Below are positions 37,717 to 50,125 of a stretch of DNA of 64,000 bases, in pieces; within the stretch, counting starts at the first letter, position 1, and each line of letters starts with the position of its first letter. The notes beneath the pieces are model-generated. The model ran no database searches. It was given only the letters and a program-made list of their open reading frames with translations, and was not told the origin of the DNA. The translations under genes and the position numbers were made by a program. This stretch comes from Vermamoeba vermiformis (lineage: Eukaryota): positions 1 through 64,000 of the forward strand of contig JBEWZL010000044.1 of the NCBI GenBank assembly GCA_045837725.1, read 5' to 3'.

Positions 37717-39804
37717 ATGAAACAAAAACTAAACTCGATCCTGCTGATCGCTTTGCTAGGCCTTGTTCTGTGCGGCTCCTTCGTGACCTCTTCGATATGG
37801 TCTATGGAAAAATGCACTGGTCGCCTACAAGTACTAGTACCTGAGATAGTAAGTCGTTTTTCTTTCATCCCGAAGTTTTTGTACTGATCGAGATCCGATC
37901 TTCAGGACTTACAGTGCGCGGAGCTTGAGGTACCTAAGAGTCTGCAAACCGAAAACTACGGCAACACTACTGTATTTGCATATCGAGTGCTTTCTAGAGA
38001 TCAGCCAAAGGCCCAGTTGTGGATAGTCAGCGGTGAACCAAATCTGGTACGTTAAAAATTTTCCTTCATTTATTATTAAGAATTGAGATATTAGTTATTG
38101 CAGTAAATCATTTACGTTAAAAACGTTAGAAATTTTTGGATCTGATCGGGATTGTGGTCTAATTTTAATTTATTCAGGCCACGGATGTCGTCGAAACTTT
38201 TTCCGCAATAAGCATGGAGTTTGATATGTACGTCGTCCATACTATTGGTACTGGGCTATCCTCTCCTGTATATTGTCCCAACACTTTCAACAACATGAAT
38301 ACTCAGATCTACGAAGATTGGGCCACTTGTTTTCAAGAAGTGATGCAATATCAACAAGACGCTAATGTCGATTTAACGCAGCTAGGCGCCCGTCATATGG
38401 CTAACACGTTGAAGCTCTTCATCGAAAACTCGAAAGAAAGATCCGATCGTGTCTTCATGATGGGTCTCTCACGTCTGGGCACCTACATTACCAACACTTA
38501 CATGACCTATTATGCCGATACTCTTAAGGGCGTCATCCTCGACGGAACTGTTGCTGGCGGCTTCTCAAATTACCTTTCTTCATTTGATTTGGAGCGTGAA
38601 AGAGTCATCTTGGACTACGTTGCCGGATGTGCTCAAGATTCGTTTTGCCTTGGTTATCTTGGCACAGACCCCGTCAAGTTCACTCGTGATCTGTTCGATT
38701 CATTATATTCGGGCCATTGCCAAGAAGTTGTTCAAACTTTTGGAACGTTGGAAGATCTGTCACGTGTCATGTCGTACGTGCTCTTCCCGTACCCCGAGAC
38801 CCGCGCTGTCGTCACTGCAATGATCCATCGTCTCAACCGTTGTGATGAAGGCGACGTTACCGTTCTTAAAGCAATTGCACATATGACTTTGCTGAAATTA
38901 CCAACAATCACGAAGATGAACTTGACGGCTACTTTAACCGATTCAAACCCGTTCATTCGACAACACATGGAACTCTCTGAAATGGCTCGTACTACCATGA
39001 AACCTGAAGAAATGAAGGCCAAGATCTCTCAATCAGTATTCAGAGTTTATAGTCACGATATGATGGTCTCACGATTGATCAACGAATTGCCATGGATGTT
39101 GGCCACTCCGGGTACGTGTCATGAAATATTCCGATCGATTGATACTAATTATTATATTATAGATCCCTTCTGGGGCGAAGTACCAGCGGCAGATAACCTC
39201 CCTGTGTTGATGGTCTCGGGCAAATATGACGCCGAAACACCTGTCTACATCGCTAATGATGTCGCAAACAGATTGAAAAATGTGAAGCATATTGTTGTTC
39301 CAAGTAAGTATAGCGCATTTTGTAATATTGTTAGTGATATTTATTAACGTTATCATAGACGGTGGTCATTTGAATATTCCTCGCGACCCAACGTGTGGTG
39401 GATCTTTGGTTCGCAAGTTCATCGAATATGGCTCATTTGTCGGCACTGAAAGCTCTGAACAATGTTATAACGAATACTATAAACCTATTTATAAGGCACC
39501 CAACTTTGAAAGTAAGTCAATCAACGAACGCAAAATTGCGGATCAGATCTGACAAAAATTCGTTTTAGGTGATCTGAGAGCGCATTTGGTCAATATGTTG
39601 CACATATCAGGCAATGATCCCTCATTGGCCAATTTTTCGCTCTATGGTGAAATCCCGTCTTCTACTGTCGGTCTTATCGTTGGTCTCATCGTTCTCGGTA
39701 TTGTTGTCATTGGAGGTGCCGTGACATTGATCGTCTTAATTAAGAAAAAGGTCATTACTTTCAAGCGACCTTTTAAGAAGATGGAAGATGAAATGAGCGC
39801 TTAA
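37717..39804 (+). CDS. Alpha/beta hydrolase (TAP-like/peptidase S33-related) with signal peptide and C-terminal TM anchor
   Basis: Signal peptide, LQCAELEVP, GLSRLGT nucleophile-like elbow, VILDG, VLMVSGKYDAETP (Asp) and GGH (His), followed by a C-terminal hydrophobic helix and KKK. Confidence 0.8.
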
Positions 39805-40034
39805 ATGATAACCAACTCCCGTGTGAATACTTTGTAGATAAAAACTTTTTTATCAATCGTTACTGATACTAAGTCTTATAGTCGTATATTGTGATGCCTT
39901 GGTTAAATATGCCTGAATTGAAATGAACTTCTTTTTTTGCTTCTCTAGAACTGACGTTCACAACAATTATTAAATCAACAACAAAATCTTGTCGATGTAA
40001 ACATAAGCAAGCCACGCAACGATACAACTACACT

Positions 40035-41239
40035 ATGGAGCGTCGAAGGCCAAAGCGACCGTTGAATTGGAGCACGTACAACCTCAAAGTGCTAAAACAG
40101 GTAATTAAAATAAATAGGAAATTCTTTAAAATCTTGTAATCGTAATATCATAATATTAACTGTATTCGATTGATTATTTTGGACTAAAATATTAATTAAT
40201 TAAATTTAATTTTTGAAACAAAGGTGCACGGAGCTAATAACCTTGGTTTATCGACGAAAGCGATGACAGTGGTCAATGATATGCTATGGGATTTATATCA
40301 TCGAATTATGAAGGAATCAGAAAACCTTATGGTGCTCTCGAAGAAATCCACTATCACGGTTCTCAGCATCCAGACAGCAGTACGATTAATTATGCCTGGA
40401 GAGCTTGCTAAACATGCCGTAAGTGAAGGTGAGCGTTATATATTAAATCCCTCGACACTTTTGAATTTAGAACTTCACATCCGATTCGTTGTTCGTGAAA
40501 CTGATTTCTATTTTTAGGCGCAAAATCCGTAGCCAAATGCGGATGCGCCTGTGTTGCTGTTTACGATGGTCATAACCATCATGCAGCTCCTGCGACCAAG
40601 CCGACTAAACCTAAAAGAAGGGAACCTCGCGGCAATAAAAGCTCTCGCGTTGGATTAGCTTTTCCGGTCGGAAGAGTACAAAGAAAAATGCGCAATGATA
40701 CTAAGTACCGTGTGAATGATAAAGGTAAATAATATGACCACATATGAAGGAACGAACTGGGTCACTAAAAGAAGCTATTTTTAGCCGGAATTTATCTCAC
40801 TGCGGTCATCGAGTACATCTCCGCGGAGATTTTGGAGTTGGCTGGGAATGCAGCACGTGATAACGGGTAAACTTTACTCTTAGACAACAAATTAACTCGG
40901 ATGACACGTGTCACTATTCCACTACGATCAAAATGTTGCCGTATTTTGATTTTCGTATTTTATTGCCCTAATAGTTAATATTTTACTTTTAGCAAAAAAC
41001 GAATCATTCCGAGGCATGTAATGTTGGCCATTAGAAATGACGAAGAATTGAACAAATTATTTCGCGATTCTATCATCGCATTTGGTGGCGTAAGTAAAAA
41101 CAACGGCTTAGTACTCGTTTATTTTTATTAACTCTGAATTTAAAAGGTTATGCCGGTCATTACGGTTACCATCATGCGTCCGAAAGTTACAATAGCTCAT
41201 AATAACAATAATAATAACAACGAACAAACTCCTGCATGA
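40035..41239 (+). CDS. Histone H2B-H2A doublet (fusion) protein, 6 exons, 249 aa
   Basis: Exons 40035-40100, 40224-40428, 40518-40724, 40785-40866, 40993-41089 and 41147-41239 total 750 nt with no internal stop. H2B fold: [44 protein letters not shown]2A fold: [70 protein letters not shown]. Confidence 0.92.
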
Positions 41240-41322
41240 AAACTGTTGTAAAGTCGACATATATTTTTAAGCCTATAATAGTGTAATCCATTTGTATTGA
41301 AGTAACGTTATCACACGTGATT

Positions 41323-43345
41323 TTATTTGTCTTTTTTCTCCTTAGCAATCAATTCTTTCGAAATAGTGTGCACTGCTTCAACGTAGGCACCGATCTGCTC
41401 GGGTTTGTGTTCAGGCATGCAACCGTGACCCAAATTAGCTATCAATGACTTGGTGCCGAATCCTTCTAACATCTCACGCGTTAATTTAAACACTGTTTCT
41501 TTGTCAGCAAACAAAGCGGTCGGATCCATGTTGCCTTGAAGACACTTATTAGGACCAACTACTGTGCGTGATTCATGAGGATCCATAGTCCAATCCAAAC
41601 CTAAGTGCCACCGTTAATACTTTTATACGATAATTGATGTGAAATGAGAATAAGAAATAGTTTGACACGTGTCAACATGTCACGACACGCACCACTTTTC
41701 ATCAATAATTTAAATCAGTGTTATTAATTAATAACGGCATCGTTATCAAATTATTACTATAGGTCCCTAAGGATAGCTATAAATAATAATTGAACAATTG
41801 TCGAGTCGATGCACGAGTGTGTAACGTCATTAAAAAGTACTACTTTGACACGCAACTTTTCACAAACATCGCTGTATTATGGACTTACCAATAACGTCAA
41901 ATACTCCCGCTGCCTTCAAATCTTCTAACGCGTAATGAGCGCCCTTAGGGAAGACAATGATTGGTGTGTCAGGGTGTCGCTGTTTAATCGTGCGAGCGAT
42001 TTGTGTAATGTATCTATAAAGGAAGTGATTAGTATGCTACTATTGCACTATACAACTAATCGAGTTAATAGGCATATTATAAAAACTCTTCTATTCTTAT
42101 TTTGCTTGGCATAAAAAAATTGGCGGTATTAGTTGTAAAAATTCATTTAATCCTTCTAACCGCATAAAATCGCCTCCTTATATTAACGTAATTACGCGTA
42201 TTAATTTTGATAGTCATAATTATGCCAAAAAAAATTTTGAAAGGCAAAGTAAAGTAAGTACTTACGGCAACGAAAATTCTTTAAATTGTTTCGGACCCAA
42301 TTCACCAGCCCACGAATCGAAAATTTGAACAGCTTGAGCACCAGCTTCGATTTGAGCGCACAAATATTCTTCGATGACTTTCGAGAGCGAGGCCATTAAG
42401 TCGTGCGATTGTTTGTTGTGGCACCACAGCCAACTCTTCGCCTTTGAGAATGTCTTGCTGCCTTTGCCTTCGACCATATAAGCCATCAATGTCCATGGGG
42501 CACCGGAGAAGCCTTGTATAATATGTTAGTATCATATAGTCCTCTTAAATATTCCAGCTAATTGTTTGCACACGTGACAAACTTGACTGGATCCGCGAAT
42601 TGAATTTTTGACAAAATCAATCAGATTTTTGTATTATCTACTGAATACGGTGAATATTTGTATATTATTAATGATTTTAACAGATTACTGTAATATTATT
42701 TTTCTGATTAGAATTGGTTGGTTTGGGATGAGTTACCGATCAAAGGCACGCGTCCGTTCAATTTGTGTCTAGTTAACGTGATCGCTTGCATTACGTATCC
42801 TAATTTGTCCTTAACATCGACTTTATGATCGAGTCTATATTCAATAAAATCCGTCAGTAATCATGAAAAGCGGATCCAAAAAACAATTATTCCGGATGCC
42901 TAACAGATTTTTGTAGAATATTTCGTGCGTTAATTATTATGATATTTTAGGATAATTATCGGAGTATTAGTAATGCAAATAAATGCCAAATAATGTACCT
43001 GGAATAAATTTCCTCCGGACTTTTCAATGGATTTGGGAATACAGGGCCTTCACCAGCACGCATATCTACTTCTAAGCCCATAGCTTGAGGCACCACTAAA
43101 ATATCGCTGAAAATGATTGCAGCATCCAACGGGAATCGATCAATGGGTTGGATGGTAATTTCGCAGGCTAATTCGGGCGTGCGGCATACAGTAAAGAAGT
43201 CGTGCTTAGCTCTGACTTCTCTAAATTCAGGCAAGTAGCGACCAGCTTGTCGCATCAGCCAAACTGGAACGTGATCGACATCTTCGCCCTTGATCGCGCG
43301 AAGGAATGTGTCGTTCTTGAGCTCAGGAAAGTTAGTGGCCTCCAT
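41323..43345 (-). CDS. hemE: Uroporphyrinogen decarboxylase
   Basis: [55 protein letters not shown] and IANLGHG. Confidence 0.97.
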
Positions 43346-44089
43346 TATAGTTATTATGACAATAAGAACAGTATTTTTTTTGTTCGGACTTTTTCCAAGC
43401 GAAGTCACGCGCCCATAATCTTTGCCTCTCCCATCCGACATAAAAGGAAAAAACGAGCTCGATCGCGCCTTTACCGCCCCTATCGGTGGAGTATATCACT
43501 CTTAATGATGTTACGACAGAGAGTGCGATGTGCTGACACCAATAACTAAACGAGTACACAGCGTCCTGGGCAACTGGGATGCACCTCGGATTTTTTGGAC
43601 GACCGGCAACCTCTTTGTTGACCGGTCTCCTCTCAATAATTAAAGAAATGAATTAAGAGTTGGGATTTTGGTTTGGGATCAGGTGGATTTGGGTGCCATA
43701 GTCAATTTTACTTTCAATTTAGCTTAATTATTCCTTCTGAACGTTTGATAAATGTAATTTCCATTGTAAAAATCATAAATAATTCTTACCCATCCGATGA
43801 AATGCGATTCTTGTGCGTTGGAACATCAATTTTACGCCGAACGAACGGAGGCGCGGAATGGATTCCGGATGGACCTCACGGAGCTGCACTTTCAAAGCGG
43901 TATATGCACGTAACGCTTAGATTAGATATTTATAGTTGACAAGTTTGACGGGGTGCGTCTATCGCGATGAGCAGTCTCCCAAATCAATCGTCACGTGCCT
44001 CGTCCAAGTCAACAGACAGTTTTTTCGTTTTTTAAAAATCAATTCTAACTCCGTAGTAACAACACACGTTGGTCATTTATTATATAACA
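43346..44089. promoter_or_regulatory. Probable bidirectional promoter region between divergent hemE and ALAS
   Basis: About 745 bp separate the two divergent ATGs (43345 and 44090). The function is inferred from gene geometry only. Confidence 0.5.
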
Positions 44090-46600
44090 ATGGCCTTCAA
44101 CGTTGCTGCCTTTTTGGCAAAATGCCCGTTCTCCAAGAAGATGCCATCTCACATCACTCCGTTGTTGAGCGTGATGGCCTCATCTTGCCCTGTCGTTGGT
44201 GCTAAAGAAAAGAGTGGCAATGCAATCACCGCATCTGATTTGGCTACTTTCCATTCTTCATGCCCCTTTGCTGGCGTGTTGAAGCGAAACTATACATCTG
44301 CTCCTGCGCGCGATGAGCATCAAGATCAGCGCCACCACGACCACCCTCGATCATTTCCTATGCAGCACCATGGCGAGCACCATCAAAAACACCGTAATAT
44401 GGTAGAAAGTAGGTGTTTTAAACATTCCCAATGAATTTACTACCTCGATCCCAAGTGAAATTAGTGACTTTTATTTCAAATTTGCCGGACAAAAAAGATT
44501 GATATTACATGACACAATAATATAATAATTATTTGGCATTTTCTCGGGGTAAACTCCGAGCACTCGTAACAGTATCGCGAGATGTAGCCCAGTTGTGTAA
44601 CGATAGAAAATTAACCTTGATATTTATTCTAATATCCTGATAATATTTGCTAATATTGTTTTCTATTCAGGCGCTGCTAAGCATGTTTCTGACCCCAAAT
44701 CCAAAATGACCAACTACAATAAATTTTTTGCTGATAGCTTGGATCAGCTGAAGAAAGAGGGACGATACCGTGAATTTAAGACGATGAGTCGCAAGTAAGT
44801 GATAATCATTGCATAGAAACCCCTTCTAGAACCTTGTCGTTGAAGGTTACTAGCGGATTTATAACGAATTTTACGTTCATGAAACAGTTTGATGAAATAA
44901 CCGTACTTAATCTCATTTACCAACAGGTGCGGACGTTTCCCCTACGCAGACCACTCAGACTTGAATGGTAAGTTCACCAAGAAGATTTTTTCGCAATTAC
45001 TTTTCTTCCGTGATCCGGTAAAGCGGCGCCGGAATGAAATTACGAAAGTGAACACTATCTAACTGTGTCTATCAATCTATTAGGCGAGCAAATCACTGTA
45101 TGGTGCAGCAATGATTATCTCGGTATGGGACAAAATCCCGTAGTTCTCAAAGCAGTCCACCAAGCGATCGACGAAGCAGGTGCTGGATCTGGTGGCACGA
45201 GAAACATCTCAGGCACGAACAAGTAAGTAATAGTGCGATATTCATTTGCAATATAGCTTTATAATAATTACGCTGATCTTGGCAAATCTTTATTGAATTT
45301 TGAATTTACTGTGTAAAGCAACCACTACGCAGAGACAAGATTGAAATTCTAAAAAATTGAAGAAAATTAACGAATAGCAATGAAAGCGAATATCTAAGGC
45401 AATCATATCAATATCATGCCTAACGAAGCGATTGTGCTTACGTGACATGAAGATCTAATCGACGAATTAATTTAGGTACCACGTACGCTTGGAGAATGAA
45501 CTTTCAGACCTGCACCACAAAGAAGGCGCGCTCTTATTCGCCAACTGCTATTCAGCTAATGTTTCGACTATCACTACTCTCGTCAAGCTCATTCCTGGCT
45601 TGACGATCTTCTCGGATGCGAAAAACCATGCAAGCTTGATTGAAGGTATTCGCAATAGCAAGGCTCCTAAATTCGTGTTCAAGCACAACAGCGTCGAACA
45701 TTTGGAAGAATTGTTGAAGACTGTTGACATTAAGACCCCGAAGCTGATCATCTTTGAATCCGTGTACTCGATGGACGGCACTATTGCTCCTATTGAAGAA
45801 ATTGCTGACTTGGCTGACAAGTACAATGCTATGACTTTTATTGATGAAGTCCACGCTGTTGGCATGTATGGTCCTCGTGGCGCTGGTGTTGCTGAACGTG
45901 ATGGCCAGATGCACCGTATGGACATTATCTCTGGAACTCTTGCTAAGGCTTTTGGAGTCTATGGTGGTTATATTGCTGCTAATGCCATGATCACCGATGC
46001 GATCAGATCGCACAGCTCTGGTTTCATTTTCACCTCGAGCTTGCCCCCATCCGTGACTGCTGGTGCTGCTGCTAGCGTCAACTACCTTAAGACTCACAGT
46101 GCTGAGCGTGAGGCCCAACAAGCTAATGCTAAGTAAGTTATTTGAACGATCATAATATGCTAAATAAGATTTAAATTGTTTCGGTTTCACGCGGATCTGC
46201 AGTTGCTAACGGTCACTTTTTTAGGCGCTTGAAGGTCTTGTTGAAGGAGGCTGGTATTCCATTCATTGATGCCCCGAGCCACATAGTCCCTGTGATGGTC
46301 GGCAATGCTGTCACTTGCAAGAAGATGAGCGACCGTTTGCTCCAAAAGCACAAGATCTACGTCCAACCGATCAACTACCCAACTGTTCCTGTGGGTACTG
46401 AACGATTCCGCTTGACTCCTGGTCCTTTGCACACTGAAGCCATGATGAAGAGCTTGATCAATGCCTTGTTGGACGTCTACCAAGAGTTCAACGTTCCTTT
46501 GGTCAAATCCGCTCCGATCTCGCCTGTGCACGAGCAGATCGTGGTCAATGTCGTTCACACTGCTGCTCAAAAGCAAGTGCCTGTCGAGACTGTGGCCTAA
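44090..46600 (+). CDS. hemA: 5-aminolevulinate synthase, mitochondrial (Shemin pathway)
   Basis: N-terminal CP heme-regulatory motifs (KCPF, SCPV, SCPF), [51 protein letters not shown] lysine in SGTLAKAFG, and [18 protein letters not shown]. Confidence 0.97.
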
Positions 46601-46882
46601 ATATTCATTTGCTATTCACTTTCAGCATCGTTCGAGTGCTTCTTTGTGTTCGAGCTCATCCAGTGCTTGAATTACATCCAGCTCTGAATAAATTTATTGT
46701 CTCCTTACTCTCTGGACCAAGTTAATTGAGGTGCCTCCCACGCATACGGAAGTGTTGGAACCTGAGCGGGTTCGGCAGAATCCATAAAAATTGAAAAGTT
46801 TCTTTTTTAAAACCAAGATGATACAAACTGAATGACCACAGTTTCAACAACAAACAGTTATTAAAGTTATATTCTGGAGCCC

Positions 46883-47700
46883 ATGAGAATATCGAGTAAG
46901 CCTAAGATAACCATGACATCCGTTTATTTTTTTGTTTGCAGATTATTTGAAAAATGTCTTAAGCACTGGAGAGGGAAGCGGTAAGGTTTTCAGCCTGAAA
47001 TATGTCGATTACAATTTTAAATCAATTTTACTACAGATTTTTCAATTTTAGTCCTGGACGAGGAAGGAAACAAGATCGAGAAGAAAGTCCACAAACTTGT
47101 GATACGACAATGCCCTTATTTTGCCGCGGTTAGTATAAACGGTCTATTTAAAAGGTTTTATTATCAATTTTTCAGATGCTCGATCTTCGAGGCAAAGAGG
47201 CGAAGGATGGAAGCGTTACTATTGACAATATTACAAGCAACACCTTCGACTTTGTATTGCGATATTTATACGCGGATGAATTAGCAGACATGACTATGGA
47301 GCAAGCAATTTCAGTTGCTTTGGCCGCTGACTACCTGCAACTTGAGGACTTGAAAACCGTCTCTCTTAAGAGCTGGAAAGACTCATTTGCCAAGATAGAA
47401 GGAGGAGGCGGCGTTATTGCAGCATTACGGGCCTTAATAACGTCGCCATTACATATCAAGCCTGATGAGAACTGGCGCAAAGTAGTGGAGTAAGTTTAGT
47501 CTTGCGATTTTGTTGGACCGACATAATGACTTACAATGAATGTTAAGGAAATTGGTTGTTACAATATATCGTAACAACAATAATTTAATGGAAGAGGAAA
47601 GCTCGTTTATTCAATTTTTCGTCCAGATGTTTGGCAAGTCACATCCGTACCTTGCTGCTCATACTTTGGCCGAATGGGCGACGGCAACTGGCATTGAATT
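46883..47700 (+). pseudogene. BTB/POZ protein copy A, 3'-truncated
   Basis: NYLKNVLSTGEGSDF..KKVHKLVIRQCPYFAA|MLDL..FDFVLRYLYAD..AADYLQL. Homology to copy B stops after HPYLAAHTLAEWA. Confidence 0.7.
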
Positions 47701-47788
47701 AATCACAGTTCTTTTAATTGAAAACGTACTGACGTCAGCTTTCAAGATGCTCGATCTGAAAGGAGTGGAATCCAAAGAAGGCAGTGTA

Positions 47789-50125
47789 GGGTCCGTTACG
47801 ATTTAGGAAAATTTTAGGAGTCGGAATGGAAATCATCTCCTACAATTTGTCTTCCGAATATGTCACGAAACTAATTTTGGTCAATTTTCTTAATCGTTTC
47901 TATTTATTTATAAAATCATAATTATCTAATCAAGCCATGGTTGTTCTCGAGCGTCAATTATTCGGTTGAGATGGTACGCCTTGTCTTGTTCATAGTTGTC
48001 ATCACTATAAGCTTTGAAACTAACGTTCGGAACGAGCCACCCAATTAATGAGAGCTTTCGAACTCGACCTGGCGTTGAGCCTGTTGAGTATTTGACCCAC
48101 ACTGTTGTTGATGTTGAGTTTGGCTTTAATGCTTCACTTATAACTGCCCAAAACTTTGGCTTCTCTGAACGCGTTGCTATCTCTCGATTGTGAGAGCTAA
48201 CTTTACAATAGCTCGCTGATTCAATGCAACAATACTTGCAATATTTCAGTGTACAACTTGCATTGAGGTTGCGCTTCTTGCACTTCAAACAAAGATTCAC
48301 GTTGCCGTTGTTTGTTTCGATTTCAACTACTTCTACATTTCGGTTGTGGCTTAATGCTGTCGTGTTGTCAATTGTAACTGACTGTAAGGTTCTATTCGTT
48401 GTATTGACTTCTTTCAATCTCTGCTCTAATAGCATGGGCACAGACACAATATTGAAATAGTATCGCCATTCACGATGTAGAAAATCAGCAACAACATCCA
48501 AGTCTTGTTGTGGTTTGTATAATGCACTCTTTAAGGCATTGTGCCATGCTTCAAGCAGCTGATTGCCAGAGGGTGCATTCCTTCGACTATGAAGGGCCCA
48601 TGTAGTCGTTTGATGCACCTCAGTCCACTCTCTTCTGAAGTAAGCAGCGTAGTCAGGCATTGTCTGAAGCCACTGAGACTGATACCGCTGCAATTGTGTG
48701 TCAAAGGATGTCTTGTCAGGCAACACCAGCAGTTGATGGAGCTGTTCTACAACAGTGTCGATCGATGGGCAATGGTGTTGACTTAACCAGCGGCGATTTG
48801 CTTGAAGGAAGTGAAATGAATCCCCAAGCACTGATGCAGTCTCGCTGAAGTTCTCTCGGCAGGCGTTCTGCAAGGCCAGCTCATAGTCAGTCACAATGTA
48901 AACAGGCTTCCATTGTCGCCCAGTAGCTTCGTTCATGTGCTTGAAGAAGAATGAATAAGACTCCGTGCTTGCCTGGTTGGTGATGTAGAATGCAACTGGT
49001 ACACCAATGCCATGGTGGTTGATCATGAGCGTAACCAAGGTCATGTCAACACCATTGACTTGCACGACCTTGTGTGTGCCATCGATGAACACTACTCTGC
49101 CTTCGTTGATAAGATATTTGAGGCCATCGTTATCACAAAGAATGATGCCGTAGAAGGGAGCGTACTGAACAATGACACGAAGGAATTGAGTGCCAAGCTC
49201 TCCGTGTAGCAGAACAACATTTGCAGCAGCTTCAGATGAGATGTAATGAGAGTGTTGGAGGCAGTATTTCATTTGCCGTATTGCCCCTTTGGTTGCAATT
49301 GTCCGCGATGACTGATCCGATCCGCTCTCAGCAACTAGCTTTCGATGGACTTGTGAAGGCTTTGCACCATGAGTTAGCATCGTTTTAATCAAGTGGGCCT
49401 TCTCGGGCAACAATTTGGGCGTTGATAATGGCAGGTGATTGTGCGATCCACCATAAAACTCTCGCTTATGTGAGGCTGTGGGGACTGTTAGTTCAATGAC
49501 TTTCATGCGTGCAGGACATCCTGACCTATTATTTCCACAGCGATAATATTGAGTAATCTCGGCATTACGTTGGTGCCTGCCATCTTTTTGCCAAGGCCAA
49601 TCCGTAAAATTTTCTAAAGTCGCTAAAAAAATGCAACAATCAGTTAATTATTTACAAAATTATTATTCCTATTATTTGGCTACGATCCTAGGAATTATTG
49701 AGTCGTTGCCAATGAATTTTAATTACTGATCAAAACAAAATTACGAAAATATTATTAAAAATTGTCGAACTTACTCTCAATTGATACAATAATGCCCTAT
49801 TGGTCCGTTTTTTCTTGTAGGCTGTCTGTGTCGGGGTTGATCTCGGCCAAAGAAGGACTAGGAAAGGATTGGTCGATCTGCATCTCGATGGCTTCGTCAA
49901 AATTATTGTTTAAGCCTTGAGTCAAGTTATCTAAATATTGCTTTGTGTTGTTCATTGTTTGAAATGAAAAATAATGCCTTGCCAACGACAAACGGATTTT
50001 ATGATTTCGAATCATTTTAACTCCGAATTTAAATATCTGAAAACCAATTTAAATCCTAACGAAAAACAGTTCGGAATTCCTACTCCTATTCCTATTTCCG
50101 ACTTTTCCGAGATCGTAACGAACCC
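47789..50125 (-). mobile_element. Mutator-like (MULE) DNA transposon, 2337 bp, with an 8-bp TSD GCAGTGTA
   Basis: TSD at 47781-47788 and 50126-50133. Imperfect TIRs: GGGTCCGTTACGATTTAGGAAAA and reverse complement GGGTTCGTTACGATCTCGGAAAA. Removing the element restores the BTB reading frame. Confidence 0.93.
47926..49955 (-). CDS. MULE transposase (WRKY/FLYWCH-like Zn finger, DDE core, Cys-rich finger, WYL-like C-terminus) with an in-frame TAG in predicted exon 1
   Basis: YYRC..GCPARM..HNH, FIDGTH, IVTDYE, DSFH and LEAWHNALK. Exon 1 (ATG 49955) splices in phase but has a TAG at 49797-49799. Confidence 0.88.

Noticed and set aside
40224-40517. Stand-alone H2B gene, as suggested by the ORF track
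   Set aside because: The ORF tail after AVSEG is intron sequence, and the spliced frame continues into H2A.
41198-41222. AAT/AAC microsatellite
   Set aside because: It encodes a short poly-Asn tail, which is common in AT-rich protists.
45552-46576. Long antisense ORFs (212 aa and 129 aa) opposite ALAS
   Set aside because: These are shadow frames caused by the strong codon bias of the sense gene and show no protein-like motifs.
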